47,774 nucleotides of DNA from an uncultured Gammaproteobacteria bacterium (GTDB lineage: Bacteria; Pseudomonadota; Gammaproteobacteria; Pseudomonadales; Azotimanducaceae), in contig CAJWCW010000001.1 in NCBI GenBank assembly GCA_913030615.1, forward strand, positions 1 through 47,774. The letters are read 5' to 3'. Within the stretch, counting starts at the first letter, position 1; every line of letters begins with the position of its first letter. This document shows, piece by piece, positions 37,443 to 46,541 of the stretch. The notes under the pieces were generated by a model, which had not been told where the DNA came from, searched no databases, and was given only the letters and a program-made list of their open reading frames with translations. The translations under genes and the position numbers were made by a program.

Positions 37443-38258
37443 CTATTCAAAAAGGCAGGTTGCTCGTACTTCGATACTTTTACGAGCAGGATTACCGACG
37501 GACACATTTGGATCGTGAAAGGCCGAGTGGGGTGTCCAGAAAGGTTTGCCTAAGGCCGCTCTTTCACTGTCATAGGTTCGTAACGTCAATACTTCTTGGG
37601 CTGTCATTTCGGGAAAAGTAAACCATCGGTGCTGATCATCGGTTCTCGGTGCTAGTACGCCGAACGTGTCAAAACCGAAATCGCCGCCTGCGTAGCTGGA
37701 CACATGGAAGTCCTGAAGCTCTTCGCGGGAAACGGACTCCGCATCACAAATCGCCAGAGGTAGGTCCATTCGTGGCTCACCCACGTTGCGCCAGAACTGC
37801 AGGATGAGTATGCGTTTCGAGGCGCGCACTGCCTCAGGCGCAACATTAGCTCTTTTCAATGCGTTTCGCGGCCCATCTTCATCGCTTTCGTAGTAATCAC
37901 AAATCGCTTTCCCATACGTTTCTGTGAAATCTGAATGCACAAACTGAATGGGCGCGTAGTCTGGGTGTACTACCGCTTGGTTGGGATTTCGGTTGATATG
38001 ACCTTCCATTAAGGCATGCGTACAACCCGATAGGGCTTTTGCTAACGAAGTCATTTCCCGGTAGTAAAGGTTGGCGACTTCGTTGTCGTCATCCCAATTC
38101 AACACGTTCGAGTGGTGAGCAAATAACTCGAAGCCCCGGCGTTCCCAACCGGCGCCGCTAGCTGACATTCTGCCGTTGAGAATGGTGACGTCTTTGGGCT
38201 CGATACCCTGGGCGGTTACATAGTTGAGCTCTGTTTGGCAAAAAACTTCGTCGGACAT
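37443..38258 (-). CDS. CmcJ/NvfI-like oxygenase family protein
   Basis: From ATG 38258 (MSDEVFCQTELNYV). FVHSDFT (HxD) and RKSIEVR near the C-terminus. The family call is from memory and moderately uncertain. Confidence 0.5.
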   Translation of the reverse strand: MSDEVFCQTELNYVTAQGIEPKDVTILNGRMSASGAGWERRGFELFAHHSNVLNWDDDNEVANLYYREMTSLAKALSGCTHALMEGHINRNPNQAVVHPDYAPIQFVHSDFTETYGKAICDYYESDEDGPRNALKRANVAPEAVRASKRILILQFWRNVGEPRMDLPLAICDAESVSREELQDFHVSSYAGGDFGFDTFGVLAPRTDDQHRWFTFPEMTAQEVLTLRTYDSERAALGKPFWTPHSAFHDPNVSVGNPARKSIEVRATCLFE

Positions 38259-38607
38259 GAACTTTCTCAAAGCGTTTATGTAACTGAGTTTGCGCAGTAC
38301 GACCCTGCGGAATTTGCCGCAGGAACGTGCAAACGCCAAACCTACGCCGCTATGCCTGATCTGTCACGTCTCGTGCTAGACATTGAGCTAAGAAATCTAT
38401 GTGAAGCAGTATGTATTAAGAAAAGACCGACTGGTTGAGAATAGCGCCATGGTTGGAGAGTCGGTGGTGTTCGCTACCGAAAGCGATCGTCCCAAAGCGA
38501 GCTCAACAGACGCTGCCGATGCAGAACAAAGACTGGAGCGTATGGCATGGGTATTATTGTTCGTAGGCGTAAGCCTCTTTGTTTGGCTCGCAATAACTAG
38601 GATTCGT

Positions 38608-40242
38608 ATGAGCAAGGTTCAACAGACGGAGTCGACAGACGTATTGGTTGTTGGCGCGGGGTTTGCCGGAATGTATATGTTGTACCGGCTTCGCGCTTTG
38701 GGTTTATCGGCACAAGTGTTGGAAGCTGGAAGCGGGGTCGGCGGTACCTGGTACTGGAATCGGTACCCCGGCGCACGCTGTGATGTGCCGAGCATGGAGT
38801 ATTCGTTTAGTTTTTCCGAGGAGCTTCAGCAGGACTGGAATTGGTCCGAAGTTATGGCGGGCCAGCCCGAAATTCTGGACTACGCGAACCATATTGCTGA
38901 GCGATTCGATTTGTTACCGTCAATACGTTTTGATACTCGGGTAACAACCGCGACGTACAACGAGGATACTCGTCGATGGCTGGTCAATACTGACGCCGGG
39001 AAGTCATACGAAGCACGGTATTGCGTGATGGCGACCGGCTGTTTATCGGTGCCGAACACGCCGTCGATAGACGGCGCAGATAATTTTCGAGGCCCTGTCT
39101 ATCACACCGGACGCTGGCCGCACGAGGGCGTGGACTTTACGGGCGTGAGAGTTGGTTTGATCGGCACAGGTTCTTCCGGGATTCAATCGATTCCCGTGAT
39201 TGCGGAGGAAGCGCTGCACCTAACCGTGTTCCAGCGCACGCCGAACTACACGATGCCCGCGAACAACCGACCACTCTCGGAGGAGTTCCGAGCTGAGGCG
39301 AAGGCAAATTACGACGAAATCCGGCAACAACAACGTGAATCCCTGGCGGGAATCATAGGTTATGGCTTTGGCTTCGGTGGTGCCGACAACGCCCCTCCAA
39401 CGGATTCAATACTCGAGACGACGGCTGAACAGCGTAAATCTGCGCTGGATCGGGACGGTTTTGCTGCGATCAGTCGTTATCTCGATATCGGCCTCGATCC
39501 GAATGCCAATGAGCTTGCTTGTGAAATGTATCGAGAACAGGTGGCTCGAGTAATCGATGACCCCGATGTTGCGGATCGGCTGATGCCCCGCGACTATCCT
39601 ATTGGTTGCAAGAGGCCGGTGATCGATAGCCATTATTACGATGCCTTTAACCAAGACAACGTCACCTTGGTCGATCTTCGTCAAGGCGGCATCAAAAAGA
39701 TCAGCGAAAGGGGCGTGGAGACTATGCAGAGATCGTACGAGTTCGATGCTCTGGTCTATGCGACGGGATTCGATGCGATGACGGGTGCGTTGTTGAATGT
39801 CGACATCGCAGGCCGAGATGGAGCGCGTCTTGCCGACGTTTGGGATGCGGGCCCGCGAACCTTTCTGGGATTGCAGGTGCATGGGTTTCCAAACATGTTC
39901 ACGATCACGGGACCTGGAAGCCCGTCAGTGCTAAGCAATATGCTTGTATCTATCGAGCAGCACGTCGATTGGATTAGCGATTGCATCTCACATATGGATC
40001 GACACCAGCTTCGTTCCATCGAACCTACCGCTGAAGCCGAGCAAAATTGGATTGAGCACGTCAACGAAGTCGCCAAGGGTACGATGTTTACCGCGCCCAG
40101 TTGTAATTCGTGGTACTTGGGCGCAAATATTCCGGGCAAACCCCGAATATTCATGCCCTATGTCGGGGGTGTCGGCACCTATCGGAAAAAGTGTGACGAT
40201 ATTGCGGCGAAGAATTATGAGGGATTCGTGCTGTCTGCCTAG
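38608..40242 (+). CDS. Baeyer-Villiger (type I flavin-containing) monooxygenase
   Basis: VVGAGFAGMYMLYRLR, GVGGTWYWNRYPGARCD, the BVMO fingerprint FRGPVYHTGRWP, and a second Rossmann GLIGTGSSG. The ORF is open upstream to 38401 (see finding). Confidence 0.85.
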   Translation: MSKVQQTESTDVLVVGAGFAGMYMLYRLRALGLSAQVLEAGSGVGGTWYWNRYPGARCDVPSMEYSFSFSEELQQDWNWSEVMAGQPEILDYANHIAERFDLLPSIRFDTRVTTATYNEDTRRWLVNTDAGKSYEARYCVMATGCLSVPNTPSIDGADNFRGPVYHTGRWPHEGVDFTGVRVGLIGTGSSGIQSIPVIAEEALHLTVFQRTPNYTMPANNRPLSEEFRAEAKANYDEIRQQQRESLAGIIGYGFGFGGADNAPPTDSILETTAEQRKSALDRDGFAAISRYLDIGLDPNANELACEMYREQVARVIDDPDVADRLMPRDYPIGCKRPVIDSHYYDAFNQDNVTLVDLRQGGIKKISERGVETMQRSYEFDALVYATGFDAMTGALLNVDIAGRDGARLADVWDAGPRTFLGLQVHGFPNMFTITGPGSPSVLSNMLVSIEQHVDWISDCISHMDRHQLRSIEPTAEAEQNWIEHVNEVAKGTMFTAPSCNSWYLGANIPGKPRIFMPYVGGVGTYRKKCDDIAAKNYEGFVLSA

Positions 40243-40360
40243 CCAGGAAGACGACGTCAAACTGCGAAGGATTAATGCAGAGCGAAACGTTGTAGGTAGT
40301 GATTTAGTTGGAAGAATGTTTGGCGGTAGCTGATCGTTTCGCTAATTGACTAGAGCTTAT

Positions 40361-41830
40361 TTAAGAGTTTTCCCAATAACTGTGGGTGCCGACACATATT
40401 CGCTCCGGCAGTTTGATCGACGCAAGCGGGCCGCTTAGTAGGTCATCGGCGCTAAATACGAGGCAGCTTGAGGAATCTTCGTTCGTATCTGAGATTATTG
40501 TGACGACGTAACCACCGTCTTCACGATCGTTTTTACGTGCCGGTACCACAGGGCTTTCGCTTGCGTAGACTCCGGGTCGAAACTGATAGCCTTGGCGCTC
40601 GCCCGTTTTCACGTTGAGGCGTGTGATGCCGTTGAAAAGGAACCATCCGGGTTGGGTATTCATCTCCCATACGTACTGGTATGGCTTACCCGCAAAATCT
40701 GGATTGATCATGCCAAATTCCGAAATCGCGTCGTCCAGAGGTTGTTCGGAGACGGAACCGGTTTGCATATTGAACCGCCACCGATATGCCCGGGCCCCGA
40801 CGGAATGAATATCCAACATTTGATATGGGATCAGATTTTTAGGTAAATCGACGTTGGAGGCTTTCGATGGGTCCTGGCGGTATCCGTCGAGAATGACTTC
40901 GTTGCCTTCCTCATACGCATTGATCCAGTGCAGGACGTAGGTTGGTTCTGCTTCAAACCACCGGATATCGCTTGGTTGCCCACGTCGCGGAATAACTGCA
41001 AAGCGGCTTGGCATATCTCTGAAGAAACGGACAGCATGTGCGCCGTGACTGAGGGCTTCAGGGTCCCAGAAAAGCGGCATATCGTTCAGGATCGCAAAAT
41101 TTTTCGTGAACGCCATGTCGTGCGGCAGTCGAGGTCCAGGCAACTCGATCGGAACGTAATGCACAAGTTTTCCATCAGAATCGACCACGCCGTAGTGCAT
41201 GTACGGTTTCTGTTTTGAGTAATTGAAAAACAGCATCTCACCGGATGAAGGATCGACCTTTGTGTGTGCCGAAACTCCCCAACCGGGGGTGACGTCTTTT
41301 GTCCAGGACGCCTTGCCCAATTGATGGAGCGTTTTGGGGTCAAGCTCGTAGATATCGCCGCATTGGTAAAAACTCGTCGCGGCGCGACCTCGGTGGACGA
41401 CCACGTCTGTACTCGAGGAGTCTTTCAGGCCCGTTCGGGCACCCCAGCCCTCTCGTTTTGACTTCTGGGGATTTTCCATTAAGCCAGCCCAAAGCGGTGT
41501 CCCCGATTCAAGCTCGGCATTGAATCCATCGGTTCGGATATAGCGATTGTGATATTCGACCTTTCCGGAGTCGAACGAGATGGAATGCAACATGCCGTCG
41601 CCATCAAACGGATGGTAACGCCCGATTGCTCCGTGCAACGGGTTTTCGGTGTTCCTCAAATACACGCCGTTGAGGTCGTGAGGTAATTCGCCAACCACTT
41701 CTAAGTCGAAGGCGTCGAACTCGCGCGTGTTTGGCTTCCACGGACCGGTACGGTACGGATGCTCGTCGTCGAGGGGAAGGTTTCCGCGAACTTCGTCTAC
41801 TAGTTGAATCTTCATTCCCTGGTCATACAC
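40361..41830 (-). CDS. Carotenoid oxygenase family (CCD / lignostilbene-dioxygenase-like)
   Basis: 489 aa. Conserved His contexts (SAHTKVDP, LPHDMAFT, VLHWINAYE, VGTHSYW) and the overall seven-blade-type layout. Confidence 0.85.
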   Translation of the reverse strand: MYDQGMKIQLVDEVRGNLPLDDEHPYRTGPWKPNTREFDAFDLEVVGELPHDLNGVYLRNTENPLHGAIGRYHPFDGDGMLHSISFDSGKVEYHNRYIRTDGFNAELESGTPLWAGLMENPQKSKREGWGARTGLKDSSSTDVVVHRGRAATSFYQCGDIYELDPKTLHQLGKASWTKDVTPGWGVSAHTKVDPSSGEMLFFNYSKQKPYMHYGVVDSDGKLVHYVPIELPGPRLPHDMAFTKNFAILNDMPLFWDPEALSHGAHAVRFFRDMPSRFAVIPRRGQPSDIRWFEAEPTYVLHWINAYEEGNEVILDGYRQDPSKASNVDLPKNLIPYQMLDIHSVGARAYRWRFNMQTGSVSEQPLDDAISEFGMINPDFAGKPYQYVWEMNTQPGWFLFNGITRLNVKTGERQGYQFRPGVYASESPVVPARKNDREDGGYVVTIISDTNEDSSSCLVFSADDLLSGPLASIKLPERICVGTHSYWENS

Positions 41831-42109
41831 GCTCCGACTCTGAGCGTCAATGAACGTAGGTTTATGGGACCCGAGCGGTAATCTCAGAAGCCCTTAATGG
41901 GAAACTCGTAAAGAGGGGCTGATGGCCAATCGACGCCGATGTCACCGAATATGTACGAGGGTGTACCGTTACTGGACTGTTTCAATCTATCCGCGTTCTT
42001 ATTGTACGGTCAGGGGACCGTGGGACGCCTGGTCTTATCCTGAGTTTCGTTGTGAATGTTGAAACTCTGGATAAACTCGACCCACCCGGCGGATACGCGT
42101 GGGGAGAGA

Positions 42110-42152
42110 GGGGCTCACAGGTGTGTTGAGGAGATAACTGCCTGTGAGCCCC
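42110..42152. repeat. Palindromic (REP-like) repeat, copy B
   Basis: GGGGCTCACAGG (42110-42121) / CCTGTGAGCCCC (42141-42152) with a 19-nt spacer. The spacer shares a GAGGAGATA-like core with copy A. GGGGAGAGAG abuts the 5' arm. Confidence 0.7.
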
Positions 42153-42413
42153 TAACCATGTGTTCATGGATGTAGACTTCTACCGATCTTCCAGTTTGGA
42201 GTAATCCGGGGACGGCGGGTTTCCGCATCGCCAGTTGCGTACTATCAACCGAACGTAGTTAACACGCACTCTTTAATTCGATATGAAAAGAAATACCGGG
42301 GTGTTTCGATGGGACATCTCCGCGTTTTGTGCGTCAAGAAAACTACGCTGAAGACCAATGACAGCATCGGGCGACAGGCGTACGTTTAGGAACAAATATT
42401 GCGGACGATCAAG

Positions 42414-42983
42414 ATGAAGGGGCAAAAGGCGACGCTGATCTCGGTGTCGATTGGAACCAGCGACGATATGGCAAAGCACGTACGAGAATACGTCATGGCG
42501 GATCTTGACGGCTTTGTCGACGACAAGCATCGCGGATTCAGCCGCGTCTGTTATGAGGGGGATACGGAGCCTGTGGGAACCGTGCGGAGAAACAATCGTC
42601 AATGGTCGGGTATGTCGCAAGAGGAAGCGCAGGAGATCCAAGAGGCGCTGAATCTCGATCAGCCGCTGCTGCCCGTAGATCTTGGCGTTAACGTCTTCGT
42701 CGAAGGAATCAGGGATTTCTCCAAACTCCCGAAAGGTTCGAAGCTGGTTTTTCCTTCAGGCGCTGTGTTGGTTGTCGAGGATTTCAATCCACCGTGTACG
42801 TACATGGCGGACAAGATAGTAAGCCGTTATGTAACACGCTCGGGCAAGCCGCTAACGCGCCGACGGTTTCTGATTGAGGCAAAACGAAAGCGTGGGGTGG
42901 TCGGGGTCGTGGACGTACCCGGAAAGATTTGCAGCGGTGATGTGATCGACGTGAAACGCTACAAATCGCCCAAGCTAGGATAA
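42414..42983 (+). CDS. MOSC domain protein
   Basis: MKGQKATLISVSIG...LDGFVDDKH ... VVEDFNPPCTYM pattern. ATG 42414 is preferred over the track TTG 42399. Confidence 0.7.
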   Translation: MKGQKATLISVSIGTSDDMAKHVREYVMADLDGFVDDKHRGFSRVCYEGDTEPVGTVRRNNRQWSGMSQEEAQEIQEALNLDQPLLPVDLGVNVFVEGIRDFSKLPKGSKLVFPSGAVLVVEDFNPPCTYMADKIVSRYVTRSGKPLTRRRFLIEAKRKRGVVGVVDVPGKICSGDVIDVKRYKSPKLG

Positions 42984-42985
42984 AT

Positions 42986-43525
42986 TTGATACCGCAACGG
43001 TCACGCGTCAAGATCAACACGCCGATTTTCGAGGTGCAATCTCCTACAGATATTCGTCGACTGTTGGTTTTGCTGACCCTTGGCGTGCTGGTTGCGGGTT
43101 GTGAACCACAGGACGTTCGACCGGGACTCTGGCTTGGTGGCGAGAACGTATCTTCGCCAGTCGAGGATTGGCGATTCACCGATCAAATTGAGGAAGTATT
43201 CATTGAAACCCGACCCTGGTATGGGATTCCACATTCCACCACCATTTGGTGTGTACAAGTCGGTAATGAGCTCTTTATTGGGTCGTATGGAGAAAAAAAG
43301 AAATTCTGGGAAATCAATATCTTACGAGACTATCGTGCGAAGATAGGTATCATGGGTAAGATCTATGACGTGGCGGTCACAAGACTGGACGACGCGGCGG
43401 TGCATCGTTCCGTAACCATGGCTTATCAACGAAAATACGATATGGCCGAGGTTTTTGGTAAAAAGATTCCAGCGTGGTCGTTTTATCGAGTGGAGCAGGA
43501 AGGAAATGAAAAACCCTCTACATAA
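42986..43525 (+). CDS. Hypothetical lipoprotein
   Basis: RRLLVLLTLGVLVAGC lipobox-type signal. No family recognised. The start may be GTG 43034. The 3' end overlaps the aminotransferase start by 20 nt. Confidence 0.5.
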   Translation: MIPQRSRVKINTPIFEVQSPTDIRRLLVLLTLGVLVAGCEPQDVRPGLWLGGENVSSPVEDWRFTDQIEEVFIETRPWYGIPHSTTIWCVQVGNELFIGSYGEKKKFWEINILRDYRAKIGIMGKIYDVAVTRLDDAAVHRSVTMAYQRKYDMAEVFGKKIPAWSFYRVEQEGNEKPST

Positions 43526-44831
43526 CGAGTTAGACCTCTCGGCTTACTGGATGCCGTTTACGGCTAACCGAGCTTTCAAAAACGAGCCCCGGCTCATGAA
43601 AAGCGCTCAAGGTATGTATTACACCACCGTCGACGATCGCCAAATTATGGATGGGATGTCGGGGCTCTGGTGCTGCAACGCGGGTCATTGTCATCCTCAC
43701 ATCGTTGAAGCCATTCGCCAGGCGGCGGGTGCGCTCGATTATTCTCCAGCTTTTCAAATGGGTCATCCCGAAATTTTTCGCCTCGCTGAACGTCTAGCGA
43801 ACATGATGCCCGACGGCATGGACGCTGTGTTCTTTACTAACTCCGGATCAGAATCCGTTGATACTGCGCTCAAGATTGCACTGGGCTATCACCATGCCCG
43901 TGGGGAAGCCCAACGGACCCGTTTGGTGGGACGGCAACGTGGGTATCACGGTTCTGGGTTTGGTGGGACCAGTGTCGGCGGCATCGGCAACAACCGTATT
44001 GCGACTGGGCCCTTGCTTCCTGGCGTGTTCCATCTTCCGGAAACCTACGATCTAGAGCGTCAGGCATTTAGCAAAGGCCAACCCTCCTGGGGAGCTCATC
44101 TCGCGAATGATCTTGAACGCATTATTGCGAGCAACCACGCGAGTACCATCGCGGCGGTCATTGTTGAACCGTTCGCCGGCTCAGGCGGTGTATTGGTACC
44201 GCCCATCGGCTATCTGGAGCGACTTCGTGAAATCACGGAAGAGCATGGAATCTTGCTCATCTTTGATGAAGTGATTACCGCATTCGGGCGACTTGGTTGG
44301 GGCTCAGCGGCGGAGAGACTAGGTGTCGTGCCTGACATCATGTGTACCGCGAAGGGACTGACCAGCGGTACGGTGCCGATGGGAGCGGTAGTAGTTCAGG
44401 AGCAAATTCGAGAAGCCTTTATGCAAGGCCCCCCCGCGGCGATCGAATTTTTTCACGGCTACACCTATTCAGGACATCCTCTGGCGGCCGCGGCAGCGAA
44501 TGCGGCATTGGACGTGTATGAAAACGAAAATTTGTTTGAACACGTTCGCGGACTCGAAGCCAATTGGGAGGCGGGGTTGCACGCGCTCGCCGATAAGCCG
44601 CACGTCATCGACGTGCGTAATTTTGGTCTCGCGGGTGCGGTGGAATTGCGTCCGCGAGATGGCGCTCCGACCCAGCGTGCGATGTCCGTCTTTCGTGAGG
44701 CGTTTGATCGCGGCCTTCTTGTTCGCACCACGGCGGAAATTGTTGCGCTCGCGCCCCCGCTGGTAATTAATGAAACCGAGATCAAGCAAATGCTCGGGAT
44801 ACTCGGTGACGTATTGGATGAAATTATCTAG
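43506..44831 (+). CDS. Class III (omega) aminotransferase, beta-alanine/omega-amino acid:pyruvate type
   Basis: YWMPFTANRAF N-terminus, FTNSGSESVD, DEVITAFGRLG, and PLP-Lys context DIMCTAKGLTSG. Confidence 0.85.
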   Translation: MKNPLHNELDLSAYWMPFTANRAFKNEPRLMKSAQGMYYTTVDDRQIMDGMSGLWCCNAGHCHPHIVEAIRQAAGALDYSPAFQMGHPEIFRLAERLANMMPDGMDAVFFTNSGSESVDTALKIALGYHHARGEAQRTRLVGRQRGYHGSGFGGTSVGGIGNNRIATGPLLPGVFHLPETYDLERQAFSKGQPSWGAHLANDLERIIASNHASTIAAVIVEPFAGSGGVLVPPIGYLERLREITEEHGILLIFDEVITAFGRLGWGSAAERLGVVPDIMCTAKGLTSGTVPMGAVVVQEQIREAFMQGPPAAIEFFHGYTYSGHPLAAAAANAALDVYENENLFEHVRGLEANWEAGLHALADKPHVIDVRNFGLAGAVELRPRDGAPTQRAMSVFREAFDRGLLVRTTAEIVALAPPLVINETEIKQMLGILGDVLDEII

Positions 44832-44864
44832 TTTTTGGATTCAGGAAGGTTAGCGGAGGGAGAG

Positions 44865-46373
44865 TTGGCACAAGCAGAGATCACGGGACATTTCATTGGC
44901 GGCAAACCGGACATGGGTGGTTCGCGGAAGCTCGAGCGATTTGATCCGGCAACCGGTGAACAAATGGGTTACGTCGCGCTTGCAGATGAAACGACGGTCA
45001 ATGCAGCTGTCGATTCGTCGAAAAACGCATACCAAGACTGGCGAGTCGTCGAGCCGGCAAAACGTGCAGTAATTCTCCGGCGATTTTGCGAGTTGGTGAA
45101 CGTCCACGGTGATGAACTTTGCCAACTGATTACCCGTGAACACGGCAAAACACTATTGGATTCTCAAGGCGAGCTGCAGCGCGGGATAGAGAATATTGAA
45201 TATGCCACGGGAATAGCCGAACACTTAAAAGGCGAACACAGCAAGGCAGTTGGGCCGGATATCGACAGTTGGAGTGAGCTGTTGCCCTTAGGTGTCGTTG
45301 TCGGTATCACACCGTTTAACTTTCCTGTCATGGTTCCCATGTGGATGTTCCCTCTAGCCGTTGCGTGCGGGAACGCATTCATCTTAAAACCTTCGGAGAA
45401 AGTTCCGACGGCCGGATACCGATTGGCGGAACTATTCTCGGAGGCGGGACTCCCTGATGGCGTTTTTAACGTTGTTCAAGGCGACCAAGAGACTGCCGGA
45501 TCATTAATGCAGCATCCGGACATAAAGGCGGCGAGTTTTGTTGGTTCAACGCCGGTTGCGCGATCCATATACAAGGCTTCAGGCGACACGGGTAAGCGAG
45601 TTCAGGCTCTTGGCGGCGCAAAAAATCATGCGGTCGTGCTTCCCGATGCAGACGTTGAATCCGCGACCAACGCTATTATGGGGGCAGCATACGGTTCGTG
45701 TGGCCAGCGCTGCATGGCGTTGTCGGTGGTCGTATCGGTGGGTGATGAGACGGCGGACGCGGTTGCCGAAGTATTGAACAAGAAGGTGTCCGAACTAAAC
45801 ATCGGGCCGGGTGTGGATAATCTCGATATGGGACCCCTGAACAGCGCTCCCCAACGTGATCGAATTGTTGATTTGATCCAAGAGGGTGTGGATCAAGGTG
45901 CGACCATACTGGTTGATGGACGAAGACATGCCAGTTATCAACAGCCCGGTTTTTATCTCGGCGGAACACTCTTTGACCACGTTCAACCCGGCATGTCGAT
46001 TTATGACGAGGAAATCTTCGGGCCTGTCCTTTGCCTTGTTCGTGCTAAAACAGCGAACGATGCGATGCGCATAATCAACGACAGTCAGTACGGGAACGGG
46101 ACCTGTATTTTTACTCGAGACGGTTACTCGGCGCGCACCTATGCGAACGAAGTGGAGGCTGGCATGGTCGGGATCAATGTGCCCCTGCCTGTCCCGGTTG
46201 CCAACCACAGCTTTGGTGGTTGGAAGGATTCAAGATTTGGTGACCTTGCCGCGTACGGCCCGGACGGAATTCGGTTCTACACGCGTCGCAAGACCATCAC
46301 AGAACGCTGGACCTCGGCCCCGGACGATAAGGGTATCGACTTCGCGTTCCCAGGTTCACGGTCTTCGGGATAG
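44865..46373 (+). CDS. mmsA: CoA-acylating methylmalonate-semialdehyde dehydrogenase
   Basis: ALDH fold with FNFPVMVPMWM, ALGGAKNH, and catalytic Cys in CGQRCMA. TTG 44865 has GGAGG 5 nt upstream. The track start 44835 is an upstream TTG. Confidence 0.85.
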   Translation: MAQAEITGHFIGGKPDMGGSRKLERFDPATGEQMGYVALADETTVNAAVDSSKNAYQDWRVVEPAKRAVILRRFCELVNVHGDELCQLITREHGKTLLDSQGELQRGIENIEYATGIAEHLKGEHSKAVGPDIDSWSELLPLGVVVGITPFNFPVMVPMWMFPLAVACGNAFILKPSEKVPTAGYRLAELFSEAGLPDGVFNVVQGDQETAGSLMQHPDIKAASFVGSTPVARSIYKASGDTGKRVQALGGAKNHAVVLPDADVESATNAIMGAAYGSCGQRCMALSVVVSVGDETADAVAEVLNKKVSELNIGPGVDNLDMGPLNSAPQRDRIVDLIQEGVDQGATILVDGRRHASYQQPGFYLGGTLFDHVQPGMSIYDEEIFGPVLCLVRAKTANDAMRIINDSQYGNGTCIFTRDGYSARTYANEVEAGMVGINVPLPVPVANHSFGGWKDSRFGDLAAYGPDGIRFYTRRKTITERWTSAPDDKGIDFAFPGSRSSG

Positions 46374-46541
46374 GGTCAACTCGCGACGGGCTATGGGGCG
46401 AATCAGGTGGGTCCGGGTTGGGAATGCCGAAGCGTCGCGCATGCGAACGTAACGAGTTTGTCGGCGGTCAGCCTTCGATTTGTTGAAAACGACTGGTGGA
46501 TTTTGTCCCAGCGCTAACCGCGGTGCAGCGGCGACGGTGTA

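Noticed and set aside
40281-40343. A 9-bp inverted repeat, AGCGAAACG / CGTTTCGCT, between the convergent BVMO and carotenoid-oxygenase genes, as a possible terminator
   Set aside because: The arms are separated by 45 nt and no T-run follows. It is too loose to call an intrinsic terminator by eye.
42309-42389. A 26-codon ORF (MGHLRVLCVKKTTLKTNDSIGRQAYV) ending in TAG, in frame with the MOSC gene: pyrrolysine, a pseudogene or a uORF?
   Set aside because: The MOSC family N-terminus is fully accounted for from ATG 42414. There is no nucleotide similarity suggesting a duplicated 5' end. TAG is the commonest genuine stop here. At most it is an unremarkable uORF.
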